Of a stretch of 49,748 nucleotides of DNA, positions 19,721 to 29,492 are shown piece after piece (the stretch's first letter is position 1; every line of letters starts with the position of its first letter). Below the pieces are notes generated by a model. That model did no database searches, had not been told where the DNA came from, and saw only the letters and a program-made list of their open reading frames with translations. The position numbers and the translations under genes are program-made. Origin of the DNA: Rhodobacterales bacterium (GTDB lineage: Bacteria > Pseudomonadota > Alphaproteobacteria > Rhodobacterales > Rhodobacteraceae); the NCBI GenBank assembly GCA_031422295.1, contig JANOQM010000079.1, positions 1-49,748 of the forward strand. The letters run 5' to 3'.

Positions 19721-20386
19721 ATGACCCAATTTACATTTGCAGCACTGCTTGTTTCCAGCCTGCTCAATAGCCTCGCGCCGGGGCCGTGCATGCTTTTGGT
19801 GGTGGCGCGGGCCACCGTCGCCGGGTTGAATGCCGGGTTTGCGGTAATCGCAGGGGTTCTTACGGCGATCACAGCCTATATGATTTTGGCATGGTTGATG
19901 TTGGCCTTTGCGGTCCGGCTGCCTGACGCAGGCTACCTTGGCATCCGCGCGGTTGGCGTGGGCCTGCTGGTTTATCTGTCTTGGCAGATGGTGGCGGCAA
20001 GCACCGAGCGTCCCGCCGGTCACAGCCCGACGGGTGCCAACATTGGGCGCGATTACTTGGGCGGTTTGCTTGTCGGTTTTTCCAGCCCTTTCAACCTGAT
20101 TTATATGTTTGGCATCCTGCCACAAATCATACCGCCCACGGGCGTGCAATTGCACGAGGGTGCGTTGATCTTTCTAACCGTGCTGCTGGGAACCGCCTTG
20201 CCAAAAAGCATTGCGACGATTGCAGCCGCCCGGTTGGGACATATCCGCGATGTTGACCGGGCCAGAGTGACTGGTCGTTGGGTCAACAGAATGTCGGCAT
20301 TGGTCATGATCACTTTCGCCGGGCTTGGTGCGATTCAAATCATGTCGGACGATGTGGTATGGTCCAGACTGTTGGCTTTAAACTGA
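19721..20386 (+). CDS. LysE/RhtB-family amino-acid exporter, 222 aa
   Basis: I chose the start at 19721 (MTQFTFAALLVSSLLNSLAPGP). The LysE N-terminal signature is present. The track ORF is extended upstream to 19565. Confidence 0.75.
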   Translation: MTQFTFAALLVSSLLNSLAPGPCMLLVVARATVAGLNAGFAVIAGVLTAITAYMILAWLMLAFAVRLPDAGYLGIRAVGVGLLVYLSWQMVAASTERPAGHSPTGANIGRDYLGGLLVGFSSPFNLIYMFGILPQIIPPTGVQLHEGALIFLTVLLGTALPKSIATIAAARLGHIRDVDRARVTGRWVNRMSALVMITFAGLGAIQIMSDDVVWSRLLALN

Positions 20387-20623
20387 TCTGGGGCACGGTT
20401 CGGTGGCTGGCCGGACCTCAGCAAGAATGATCCGGCCTTGCCTTGACCCGGCAGATCGACTAGGGGGAACTTAGTCAAAGCGGGGGTACACCCGTGGGCG
20501 TGAGAGGGATGCAGGGTCGGGTTACTACCGACCCTCTTTGTTTTGCGCCCAAACCGTTTTGATAGACCGGCGGAGACAACCGCAAGGCCAGACATAGACG
20601 ACCGAAAAGGAAACCAACTACGC

Positions 20624-22303
20624 ATGTGCGCTAAAAACACGATGGAGGATTTCGAAGCCCTCCTGAACGAAAGCTTCGAAATGGACACTCCTGCTGAAGG
20701 AAGTGTCGTCAAAGGTAAGGTTATCGCGATTGAAGCGGGCCAGGCCATCATCGATGTCGGCTACAAGATGGAAGGCCGCATCGACCTGAAAGAATTCGCC
20801 AACCCCGGAGAGAACCCCAATATCGCTGTCGGCGATACTGTGGAAGTGTTCCTGCGGCAGGTTGAAAACTCGCGCGGCGAAGCGGTCATTTCCCGTGAAA
20901 TGGCCCGCCGGGAAGAGGCGTGGGATCGGCTTGAAAAAGCCTATGCCGACGAACTGCGCGTCGATGGCGCGATCTTTGGCCGGGTCAAAGGCGGCTTTAC
21001 CGTCGATCTGGGCGGCGCGGTGGCGTTCCTGCCCGGCTCTCAGGTTGATGTGCGCCCGGTGCGTGATGCCGGCCCGTTGATGGGGCTGAAGCAGCCGTTC
21101 CAGATTCTGAAAATGGACCGTCGCCGGGGTAACATTGTTGTCTCGCGTCGTGCGATCCTTGAGGAATCCCGTGCCGAACAGCGGGCTGAAGTTATCGGCA
21201 ACCTGACCGAAGGTCAGACCGTGGACGGCGTGGTCAAGAACATCACCGAATATGGGGCGTTTGTTGATCTGGGCGGCGTTGACGGCCTGCTGCACGTCAC
21301 CGACATGGCCTGGCGCCGCGTCAACCACCCGTCTGAGATTCTGTCGATCGGCGAGACCCTGAAGGTGCAGGTGATCAAGATCAACAAGGAAACCCACCGG
21401 ATTTCGCTTGGCATGAAGCAGTTGCAGTCCGATCCCTGGGATGCGGTCGAGGGGAAATTCCCGCTCGAATCCATCCACATGGGCCGCGTCACCAACATCA
21501 CCGACTACGGCGCCTTTGTTGAGCTGGAGCCGGGCGTCGAAGGTCTGGTGCACGTGTCCGAAATGTCCTGGACCAAGAAGAACGTCCATCCGGGCAAGAT
21601 CGTGTCGACCAGCCAAGAAGTCGAAGTCATGGTGCTGGAAATCGACTCATCCAAGCGGCGCGTGTCTCTGGGCCTCAAGCAGACCCAGCGCAATCCGTGG
21701 GAAGTGTTCGCCGAAACCCATCCCGAGGGGTCCGAGGTCGAGGGTGAAGTCTAGAATATCACCGAGTTCGGCCTGTTCGTCGGCTTGCCCGGCGATATCG
21801 ACGGCATGGTCCATTTGTCCGACCTGACATGGGACGGCAAGGGCGAGGATGTCATTGGTGACTTCCGCAAGGGCGACTCGGTCAAGGCCAAAGTCACCGA
21901 AGTGGATGTCGAAAAAGAGCGGATTTCGCTCTCGATCAAAGCCATGGACTCTGACCCGTTCGCCGAAGCCGTTGGCGGCGTCAAGCGTGGGTCGGTGATT
22001 ACGGTTGCCGTGACCAAGATCGAAGACGGCGGGATCGAAGTGGAATACGAGGGCATGAAGTCCTTTATCCGCCGCTCTGACCTGAGCCGCGACCGGGCCG
22101 AACAGCGCCCCGAGCGGTTTGGGGTGGGCGACAAGGTTGACGTGCGCGTCACCAATATTGAGCCGAAGACCCGCAAGCTGGGTCTGTCGATCAAGGCGCG
22201 TGAGATTGCCGAAGAGAAAGAAGCCGTGGAGCAATACGGGTCTTCGGATTCAGGTGCATCCTTGGGCGACATCCTGGGTGCGGCGCTGAAGGGCGACAAG
22301 TAA
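20624..22303 (+). CDS. rpsA: 30S ribosomal protein S1, interrupted by an in-frame TAG at 21752-21754. The track splits it into 20543-21754 and 21785-22303, in the same frame.
   Basis: [18 protein letters not shown]... followed by six S1-domain repeats. At the break the protein reads ...[30 protein letters not shown], where homologues have K (AAG). Confidence 0.85.
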
Positions 22304-22328
22304 GCCTTTGTCGTTGTGAGAAAATTGG

Positions 22329-22366
22329 CCCCGCCATCTGCAAAGGTGGCGGGGTTATGCATTTTT
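22329..22366 (+). terminator. Rho-independent terminator after rpsA
   Basis: A ccccgcca/tggcgggg stem followed by ttatgcattttt. Confidence 0.6.
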
Positions 22367-22632
22367 GGTGGCGTGCGGCCCCGGCGCGGACCTCGAATCG
22401 CGCGAATCGGGGGGGCCGAATTTGCGGCCTGCGACCCGCCCCAAAACAGGATCAAACAATACGGTTTGATGTATACCGTCGGATTCCGGGCACGGAAGGC
22501 AAAGTTAAGCCGATTTCACACCCTTACGTCGCAACCGCGCACTTTCTTGCGCGGCAAGTTGCCCCTATAGTTAGCGCTGACGGACGGCTTAAACCGTGCA
22601 ATTCAGTGACTGTCCTTGGGGGGCCCAAACCG

Positions 22633-22914
22633 ATGATCCGCTCTGAACTGATCCAGAAAATCTCAGACGACAATCCGCATTTGTATCAGCGCGATGTTGA
22701 AAAGATTGTGAACACAATCTTTGACGAGATCACACGGGCGATGGCCGAAGGTGACCGGGTCGAGTTGCGCGGCTTTGGCGCGTTTTCGGTGAAAAAGCGG
22801 GATGGCCGCACTGGACGGAACCCGCGTACCGGTGAAGCCGTTGATGTAGATGAAAAGCATGTGCCGTTCTTTAAAACCGGCAAATTGCTGCGCGACCGAC
22901 TTAACGCTAGGTAA
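22633..22914 (+). CDS. ihfB: Integration host factor subunit beta, 93 aa
   Basis: N-terminus [33 protein letters not shown], and ...[12 protein letters not shown]. Confidence 0.9.
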   Translation: MIRSELIQKISDDNPHLYQRDVEKIVNTIFDEITRAMAEGDRVELRGFGAFSVKKRDGRTGRNPRTGEAVDVDEKHVPFFKTGKLLRDRLNAR

Positions 22915-22923
22915 AGATACCAG

Positions 22924-23283
22924 ATGAAAGCCTTTCGAACAGCCTTTTGGGCCGTTATCGGCGTTTGCCTGATCATCGTTGGTCTGGCGAACCGTGGTCT
23001 TGTCACCGTGCGGGCGATGCCCGAGGCTTTGGGTAATCTGCTGGGCATATCCCCTGACATTGATCTGCCGCTGTTCGTGGTGATCTTTCTGGGCGTCGCC
23101 GCGGGCCTGCTGATCGGGTTTTTCTGGGAATGGCTGCGCGAACACAGGTTCCGGTCCGAGGCCCGCCTCAAGGGCCGCGAAGTGGTGCAATTGCGCCGCG
23201 AGATGGACAAGATGCGTGACAGCGATAGCGACGGCAAAGATGACGTGCTGGCCCTGCTGGAAACCAGCGGGTCGCGTCGCTAA
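22924..23283 (+). CDS. lapA: LapA-family (DUF1049) inner-membrane protein, 119 aa
   Basis: It lies downstream of ihfB and has two TM helices and a charged C-terminal tail. Confidence 0.7.
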   Translation: MKAFRTAFWAVIGVCLIIVGLANRGLVTVRAMPEALGNLLGISPDIDLPLFVVIFLGVAAGLLIGFFWEWLREHRFRSEARLKGREVVQLRREMDKMRDSDSDGKDDVLALLETSGSRR

Positions 23284-23925
23284 GTGACTGATGTTCGGGT
23301 AAAAATATGCGGCCTGCGTGATGCAGCCGGGGTCGATGCTGCGGTATTGGCCGGGGCGACCTACGTTGGTTTTGTGTTCTTTCCCAAATCGCCGCGCCAT
23401 CTGACCCTGACGCAAGCCGCAGCTTTGGCGGTTGGTGTGCCGATGGGCGTGGCCAAGGTGGCGTTGGTAGTAAATGCGGATGATGCGGCGCTGGATGCGC
23501 TGCTGGCCGCTGTGCCAATCGATATGCTGCAACTGCATGGCCATGAAACCGCCGAAAGGGTGCAGCTGGTCAAGGCCCGCTATGGCTTGCCGGTGATGAA
23601 GGCTGTGGGGGTGGCGGATGCGTCTGATCTGACGGAATTAACCATCTATGCCAAAGTTGCAGACCAGATTCTGGTGGATGCCAAACCGTCCAAAGACGCG
23701 CAGTTGCCGGGCGGCAACGGTCTGGCCTTTGACTGGCGGCTGATTGCGGGCCACCGTTGGACTTGCCCATGGATGCTTGCCGGTGGCCTGACGCCCGATA
23801 ATGTGACGCAGGCGATCCGGCTGACCGGGGCGCGGCAGGTAGATGTATCCTCGGGCGTGGAAACCGCACCGGGGGTCAAGGATGCCGGGCTAATCAGCCG
23901 GTTCATTGCCGCCACACGGGCCTAG
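23284..23925 (+). CDS. trpF: Phosphoribosylanthranilate isomerase, 213 aa (GTG start)
   Basis: N-terminus VRVKICGL...[12 protein letters not shown]. Confidence 0.9.
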   Translation: MTDVRVKICGLRDAAGVDAAVLAGATYVGFVFFPKSPRHLTLTQAAALAVGVPMGVAKVALVVNADDAALDALLAAVPIDMLQLHGHETAERVQLVKARYGLPVMKAVGVADASDLTELTIYAKVADQILVDAKPSKDAQLPGGNGLAFDWRLIAGHRWTCPWMLAGGLTPDNVTQAIRLTGARQVDVSSGVETAPGVKDAGLISRFIAATRA

Positions 23926-24971
23926 GCCAGTATCTTTTTCGCCGGCATGTATTTGAACCGGGCCCGGACAATGCCGTGGTCACCGGTGCCGTTTTCCTTG
24001 TGCGCATCGTCGTTCAGATGGTCATTGCTGATAGTCAGCCCGTCGAACGCCCATATACGTTTGCGGCTGTTGTCATAAAACTCCTGACTGACCAGAATAT
24101 GGTCCAGCGACTCGCGGGTGTCGTTGTAGATATGGGTGTAATAGACATCGGTCTGGCTGCGGTATTGTTGCAGGGTCTGCGCCGTATATAGATCGGTATC
24201 GCCGCCGCCTTCGGCCAATGCGGTCAGGAAACGCGGCTGGCCAGTCATGATGTTCAGCGTGTTGGAATGTTGGCCGTCATTGCAATCACCAATCACCACC
24301 ACCGGCGTGTCGGTGGCCCGCATCTCTTGCGTCAGGATCATCCGCAGCGCCGCTGCTTCGGCTGTGCGGCGGATCGTCGAAAGGGCCCCGCCCAGCGCCT
24401 CACTATGCGGCGCATGGATCGTCTTGTCATACCAGTTTTCCGCGAATATCTTCGTCGGGCCCTTGGATTTGAAATGGCAGATGTAAACGGAAATAGTGGG
24501 TCCATTGGCGCGCGGCCTGATCTTGAAATGCAAAACGGGCCGGGAAAAGCTGTTGATACTGACCGAAATCTGTTCAGTTTGTGGATCCCCCCCTTGGCTT
24601 TTCAGGATGAAATCGGCGGGAAAATTGGTGATCCAGACGGGTTCCCCCACAAGCAAGCTGGTTTCCACCGCCGCACCACAAACGATTTTCTGCCCGGCAT
24701 GTCCCGGTGGTGTCAATAAACTATACGTTCCATCCAACCCGGCCGCCGTCAGGGCGTTTGCGACGCTTTGGGTATGCCAGACTTCTTGAAACCCGAACAC
24801 ATCAGCCTGCATTTCGCGCAGCATTCGGCCCGTCCAGCTGATTTTTCTGTCGTATTCGGCTTGGGTCCAGCCATCCTTGTCGGTGTAAACCTTCTTGCCG
24901 GGTTCGTTCAGATTATACAGGTTAAAGCTGGTGAAACTGACGGTTTGGGTGGCCATTGTGGTGCCTTTCAA
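23922..24971 (-). CDS. Endonuclease/exonuclease/phosphatase (EEP) family protein, 349 aa. An alternative start is at 24956.
   Basis: EEP-like motifs: FNLYNL, FGFQEV, GDCND and SDHILVS. Confidence 0.75.
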   Translation of the reverse strand: MKGTTMATQTVSFTSFNLYNLNEPGKKVYTDKDGWTQAEYDRKISWTGRMLREMQADVFGFQEVWHTQSVANALTAAGLDGTYSLLTPPGHAGQKIVCGAAVETSLLVGEPVWITNFPADFILKSQGGDPQTEQISVSINSFSRPVLHFKIRPRANGPTISVYICHFKSKGPTKIFAENWYDKTIHAPHSEALGGALSTIRRTAEAAALRMILTQEMRATDTPVVVIGDCNDGQHSNTLNIMTGQPRFLTALAEGGGDTDLYTAQTLQQYRSQTDVYYTHIYNDTRESLDHILVSQEFYDNSRKRIWAFDGLTISNDHLNDDAHKENGTGDHGIVRARFKYMPAKKILA

Positions 24972-25115
24972 ATCGCTTTAGGGAAATGCAGACAGCCTAA
25001 CACGAAAATCCGCAACTCCAGCGTGAATTACGACTGCGACAGGGCCGTGACATCCGCGCTACTTTACCTTGGCGCGGGCTGGCAGTAGATTTTGAATGAA
25101 ACACTGGAGGACGAG

Positions 25116-26342
25116 ATGCCCGACGACCTGATCAACAGCTTTATGACTGGCCCTGACGAACAGGGCCGCTTTGGTCAGTTTGGCGGGCGTTTCGTGTCGG
25201 AAACGCTGATGCCGCTGATCCTGCGGCTTGAGGCTGAATATGAAAAGGCCAAGACCGATCCGACATTCTGGGCCGAAATGCAGGATCTCTGGACCCATTA
25301 TGTTGGCCGCCCCAGCCCACTGTATTATGCCGACCGGCTGACCCAGCATCTGGGCGGGGCCAAGGTTTACATGAAACGTGACGAGCTGAACCATACCGGC
25401 GCGCATAAGATCAATAATGTCCTGGGCCAGATCATTCTGGCCCGCCGGATGGGCAAGGAACGGATCATTGCCGAAACCGGGGCCGGGCAGCATGGCGTGG
25501 CCACGGCCACGGTCTGCGCCAAATTCGGGCTGAAATGCGTGGTTTATATGGGCGCGCATGACGTCGAACGGCAGGCACCGAACGTGTTCCGGATGCGTTT
25601 GCTGGGGGCCGAGGTGATCCCGGTGACCAGCGGGCGCGGCACCCTCAAGGATGCGATGAACGACGCCTTGCGCGATTGGGTGACAAATGTGCGCGACACA
25701 TTTTATTGCATCGGCACCGTGGCTGGTCCGCATCCATACCCGGCGATGGTACGCGATTTCCAGTCGATCATCGGCAAAGAGGCCAAAGAGCAGATGCAGC
25801 TGGCCGAAGGCCGTTTGCCCGACACGCTGATTGCGGCCATTGGAGGTGGGTCGAATGCGATGGGCCTGTTCTTTCCGTTTCTGGACGACAAGACCGTCAA
25901 TATCATCGGGGTCGAGGCTGGCGGTAAGGGCGTGGACGACCGGATGCAGCATTGCGCATCCCTGACCGGCGGCAGGCCCGGCGTGCTACATGGCAACCGG
26001 ACCTATCTGCTGCAGGATGATGACGGGCAGATTCTGGAAGGGTTTTCAATCAGCGCTGGCCTTGATTACCCCGGCATCGGCCCCGAACATTCCTGGCTGC
26101 ATGACGTGGGCCGGGCCAAATACGTCTCGATCACCGATGCTGAGGCGTTGGAGGCATTCCAGCTATGCTGTCAGCTGGAAGGGATCATTCCGGCTTTGGA
26201 GCCGTCCCACGCACTGGCCCATGTGATGAAAATCGCGCCGGACCTGCCCAAAGACCACCTGATCATCATGAACATGTGCGGGCGCGGTGACAAAGACATC
26301 TTTACCGTGGCCAAACACCTTGGCTTTGATATGAAAATCTAG
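25116..26342 (+). CDS. trpB: Tryptophan synthase beta chain, 408 aa
   Basis: N-terminus [33 protein letters not shown], with a ggagga RBS at 25106-25111. The [12 protein letters not shown] motif is present. Confidence 0.95.
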   Translation: MPDDLINSFMTGPDEQGRFGQFGGRFVSETLMPLILRLEAEYEKAKTDPTFWAEMQDLWTHYVGRPSPLYYADRLTQHLGGAKVYMKRDELNHTGAHKINNVLGQIILARRMGKERIIAETGAGQHGVATATVCAKFGLKCVVYMGAHDVERQAPNVFRMRLLGAEVIPVTSGRGTLKDAMNDALRDWVTNVRDTFYCIGTVAGPHPYPAMVRDFQSIIGKEAKEQMQLAEGRLPDTLIAAIGGGSNAMGLFFPFLDDKTVNIIGVEAGGKGVDDRMQHCASLTGGRPGVLHGNRTYLLQDDDGQILEGFSISAGLDYPGIGPEHSWLHDVGRAKYVSITDAEALEAFQLCCQLEGIIPALEPSHALAHVMKIAPDLPKDHLIIMNMCGRGDKDIFTVAKHLGFDMKI

Positions 26343-26534
26343 ACCGCTATCAGACCTTTACCGCGGCAGGCTGGCGGTTCTGTCAGACTTAGGTCCGTTA
26401 TGTTCAGCCCACTGGCTATGCAACCTTAAGGCATGGCGCTGACTTTGTGTTCCTTCAAAAGGCCCCGATTTTGCCTTTGTCCAAGGATACTTTTTCAGCG
26501 TTCGCTTTAAATTGGCCAGTGAAAGGGCACATGA

Positions 26535-27137
26535 ATGAAAAAGTTTCTTTTGACGACGACAGCCATTGTAGGCTTGTCAGCCGGCGTTGCGTGGGCCTCG
26601 CCAATAACCGATCAGATCGTTGCCGGTTTGCAAAGCCAAGGTTTTGACCGGTTTGAAATCAGCGAAGGCATCACGCAGGTCAAGGTCGAGGCGATCCGGG
26701 GCACGACCAAGATCGAGTTGATCTACGATCTGGCGACTGGGGCTGTTCTGAAACAGGAAACCAGCACAGTTGACGCCGATGACGACATGGCCCCCGGGGT
26801 CAGCATTGATACCGAGGATGGCGATTTTATCGAGGTCGGTGAAGATGATGATGATCTGGAGACCGATGATGACGAGATCGATGAAGACGAGATCGATGAA
26901 GACGAAGAAGTCGAGGACGAAGACGGGTCCGAAGATGACGACGACATGACTGACGAAGATAGTGATGAGGCGACCGAGGACGACGATGACGGCGAAACTG
27001 GTGGTGAAGACGACGCATCGGAAGGTGATGATGACGACGCCGCTGACGAGGATGACGAAGACGAAGATGAAGATGAAGTCGAGAGCGAGAACGAAGAAGA
27101 CGAAGACCAGCCAGAGGACGATTCAGACGAGGCTTAG
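26535..27137 (+). CDS. Secreted PepSY-like domain protein with an extreme poly-Asp/Glu C-terminal tail, 200 aa
   Basis: Signal peptide, then a PepSY-like region (~aa 25-75), then about 120 residues that are almost entirely D or E. The tail includes tandem DEIDEDEIDEDE units coded by repeated gatgaagacgag(atc) units. Confidence 0.65.
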   Translation: MKKFLLTTTAIVGLSAGVAWASPITDQIVAGLQSQGFDRFEISEGITQVKVEAIRGTTKIELIYDLATGAVLKQETSTVDADDDMAPGVSIDTEDGDFIEVGEDDDDLETDDDEIDEDEIDEDEEVEDEDGSEDDDDMTDEDSDEATEDDDDGETGGEDDASEGDDDDAADEDDEDEDEDEVESENEEDEDQPEDDSDEA

Positions 27138-27396
27138 TCCGAATCGACATGATTGACCGGATGCGGGTGGCCTAGGGGCCGCCCGTTTTGCTGTTCAGCC
27201 CAAAGTATCCGCCGATGATTTCCGCATAAACCATAGTTTATCCGCCTATTCGCCCGGTTTAGCGACAGCTGCCCAAACTTTTGAACAATGGTCGGATGCA
27301 GGCGAATCGACGGGGTGTTGCGAGCGCGCAGGTCAATGCGGGGCAGATGTTCCCGACCCCGGCGAGCAAGAGGCAGACAAATCAAGGAGTTAATGA

Positions 27397-27921
27397 ATGT
27401 TTAAGAATAACGCAGCGGGCGCTCCGGCACTTCGGGCGGGACTGACCATTGCCTGTTTTGCGCTGATGGCCGGTATGGCCCACGCCCAGGACGTGGTCAT
27501 TGATGACGGCGCGTTGCTGGTCGATCCGGCCGAAGTGATTGATCCCGAATGGATCGCTCCGGAGCCGATCTATAACGAAGATGGCGAAGAAATCATCTGG
27601 CTGAACGATGGGATCGGCGATGGTGTCCCGTTGGATGACGGCGTGCCGGTTGATACTGGCGACGGAATTGGCGACGGACTGCCATTGGAGGGCGAGGTGA
27701 CGCCGACCGGCGAATATCCGCAAAGCACCTGTGACGGCTGTGAATACGAGTTCGAGGTCGGTGGCCCCGAAGTGCAGCGCAGCCTGACGACCGGCACGGA
27801 TGATGCCTTGTCGACCGGCGACGTGGTGCGTAACGACACCAACATCTGCTTTGATGCCGCCCTGTATGTCCCGCTGCTGTGCGATTGGCAGCGTCCTTTC
27901 GTCGGTGATCGCATGCCGTAA
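27397..27921 (+). CDS. Secreted acidic protein with DG-rich calcium-binding-like repeats, 174 aa
   Basis: Signal peptide, then repeats LNDGIGDGVPLDDGVPVDTGDGIGDGLPLEGE, then a Cys-containing C-terminal region. Confidence 0.55.
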   Translation: MFKNNAAGAPALRAGLTIACFALMAGMAHAQDVVIDDGALLVDPAEVIDPEWIAPEPIYNEDGEEIIWLNDGIGDGVPLDDGVPVDTGDGIGDGLPLEGEVTPTGEYPQSTCDGCEYEFEVGGPEVQRSLTTGTDDALSTGDVVRNDTNICFDAALYVPLLCDWQRPFVGDRMP

Positions 27922-27932
27922 GGCACGCCCAG

Positions 27933-27973
27933 CTGCGTCCCCCAACAGCCCCTAGTCTGTTGGGGGACGCAGC
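27933..27973 (+). terminator. Perfect 17-bp-stem hairpin (gctgcgtcccccaacag / ctgttgggggacgcagc) immediately after the stop at 27921
   Basis: Direct reading. No strong U-tract follows, so it may be a terminator or a REP-like element. Confidence 0.45.
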
Positions 27974-28048
27974 CCCCCTTGCAAGCCAACGGCGCTGGGC
28001 CGATGATGGTTTGCAATACCGCACTGCCACTGCGGAAAGGAAATCTAC

Positions 28049-28444
28049 ATGCGTCTCGGCTTTGTAGGCTTGGTATTTCTGATCTGGTCCACCGGGGCCG
28101 CCCTTGCGACCCCCGGCCAGGACCTGGTCACTGCGTCGTTGCGTGAACAAGGGTTCGAGGTGCAACTGGTCCACTGGACCCTGCTGGGTCGTATCCGGAT
28201 CATTGCGGAATCGGAATTTGTGCGCCGCGAAATCGTGATCAATCCGAACACGGGCGAAATTTTGCGCGACTATTCGCAAATTCTGTTGGCGGTTCAATCA
28301 GCCGACGGTCGGACGCCCGACAACAATTCCGCGCCATCGACAACGCGTACCGTGTCCGATCTGGATGCGTCGGCGATGTCGGCCCTGCAGGAAATGGGCA
28401 CGGGCGTACCGGCACGGCTGCTGACCGAACCAGTGCAGGAGTAA
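28049..28444 (+). CDS. Secreted PepSY-domain protein, 131 aa
   Basis: Signal peptide plus a PepSY-like core (LREQGFEVQLVHWTLLGRIRIIAE...INPNTGEIL). Confidence 0.65.
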   Translation: MRLGFVGLVFLIWSTGAALATPGQDLVTASLREQGFEVQLVHWTLLGRIRIIAESEFVRREIVINPNTGEILRDYSQILLAVQSADGRTPDNNSAPSTTRTVSDLDASAMSALQEMGTGVPARLLTEPVQE

Positions 28445-28497
28445 GCTTTGCGATCTAAAACCGTAAGAACCGTGCAGACGTCGGGCGGGGCCAAACC

Positions 28498-29034
28498 TTG
28501 AAGTGGACGGTTGCGCTGATCGCGCTTTTCATGGTGCAGGCGCTATGTGCGCTGTTCTTTGTGTCCGATATCGCAATGTCTGTCTTTGGCATCTATCCCG
28601 CCCCGCTGAGCTGGACATCGCGTGAGGTGCTTGAAATTGGCGCTGCCGTCGGGCTTGTCTTGGGTCTGGTGTTTGGTGCGTTGGCACTGCGCCGGTCATT
28701 GCGTGAACTGGGTACCGCCCGCGCCCGGCTACGCCGCGCATCAAGTGCATTCATGGACATTTTGACGGAACATTTTGACACATGGGGTCTGACACCGGCG
28801 GAACGGGACGTAGCGCTGTTTTCGATCAAGGGTCTGTCAACACAAGAAATTGCCACATTGCGCAATACGTCCGAAGGCACGGTCAAAGCCCAGACAAATG
28901 CGATCTACCGCAAAGCAGGGGTCAGCGGCAGGCCGCAACTGCTCAGCTTGTTCATCGATGATTTGATGGGCGAACCTTTGACACAGCGTTGGGTCGTTGA
29001 TCCAGTCGGGACACAAATGAAGGCCGCCGAATAG
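28498..29034 (+). CDS. Membrane-anchored LuxR/GerE-family transcriptional regulator, 178 aa (TTG start; alternative ATG at 28531)
   Basis: Two N-terminal TM helices and a C-terminal LuxR HTH (LTPAERDVALFSIKGLSTQEIATLRNTSEGTVKAQTNAIYRKAGV). Confidence 0.7.
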   Translation: MKWTVALIALFMVQALCALFFVSDIAMSVFGIYPAPLSWTSREVLEIGAAVGLVLGLVFGALALRRSLRELGTARARLRRASSAFMDILTEHFDTWGLTPAERDVALFSIKGLSTQEIATLRNTSEGTVKAQTNAIYRKAGVSGRPQLLSLFIDDLMGEPLTQRWVVDPVGTQMKAAE

Positions 29035-29037
29035 AAT

Positions 29038-29409
29038 TCAGGCCACGGCGTAAATCTGCAAAACGTCCAGCGGCACGATATCCAGGGCGCGCTGATGTGT
29101 GGCGGCCAGATTTATCTGCGGCGCGCAGCCTTCCTCATGCGCCTGCATGAACCTGCTTGCACACAGGCACCAGCTTTGCCCCGGTTTCAGCCCCGCAAAG
29201 CCAAATTCGGGGCGCGGCGTGGACAGGTCATTGCCGACATATTTTGAATAGGCCAGAAATTCGGCGGTCAGCACCGCGCAGACCGTGTGGCTGCCATTAT
29301 CCTGGGCGCAGGTATCACAAGCGCCATTGCGAAAATACCCAGTGACCGGATTGACCGAGCAGACAGCCAATGCCGCGCCCAGCACATTAAGAGAGGCATC
29401 TTTTTCCAT
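29038..29409 (-). CDS. DUF2237-family protein, 123 aa
   Basis: I chose the start at 29409 (MEKDASLNVLGAALAVCSVNPVTGYFRNGACDT...). Conserved Cys residues and a GNDLSTP...GLKPGQSWCLCA core are present. The track ORF is extended upstream to 29496. Confidence 0.7.
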   Translation of the reverse strand: MEKDASLNVLGAALAVCSVNPVTGYFRNGACDTCAQDNGSHTVCAVLTAEFLAYSKYVGNDLSTPRPEFGFAGLKPGQSWCLCASRFMQAHEEGCAPQINLAATHQRALDIVPLDVLQIYAVA

Positions 29410-29492
29410 CGCTCTGACCTTTTTGTCTTTGGCACGGTGTCCGGTTGGTAACTTAGCTGTTTCTTCCGTCCTGCCAAGAGCCGCCAGATGGG

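Noticed and set aside
20618-21616. 332-aa minus-strand ORF
   Set aside because: It is antisense to rpsA.
21647-22455. Minus-strand ORFs of 195 and 234 aa
   Set aside because: They are antisense to the rpsA 3' half, or overlap the terminator region. They have no motifs.
22663-23544. 293-aa minus-strand ORF
   Set aside because: It is antisense to ihfB, lapA and the trpF 5' end.
25059-25952. 297-aa minus-strand ORF
   Set aside because: It is antisense to trpB.
26800-27130. Repetitive gatgaagac/gacgaagac DNA; considered as a tandem repeat or CRISPR-like array
   Set aside because: It is coding low-complexity sequence (the poly-Asp/Glu tail). The repeats are short, imperfect and in-frame. There is no spacer structure.
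27382-28297. Minus-strand ORFs (187, 148 and 234 aa)
   Set aside because: They are antisense to the secreted acidic and PepSY genes. They are Arg/His/Pro-rich.
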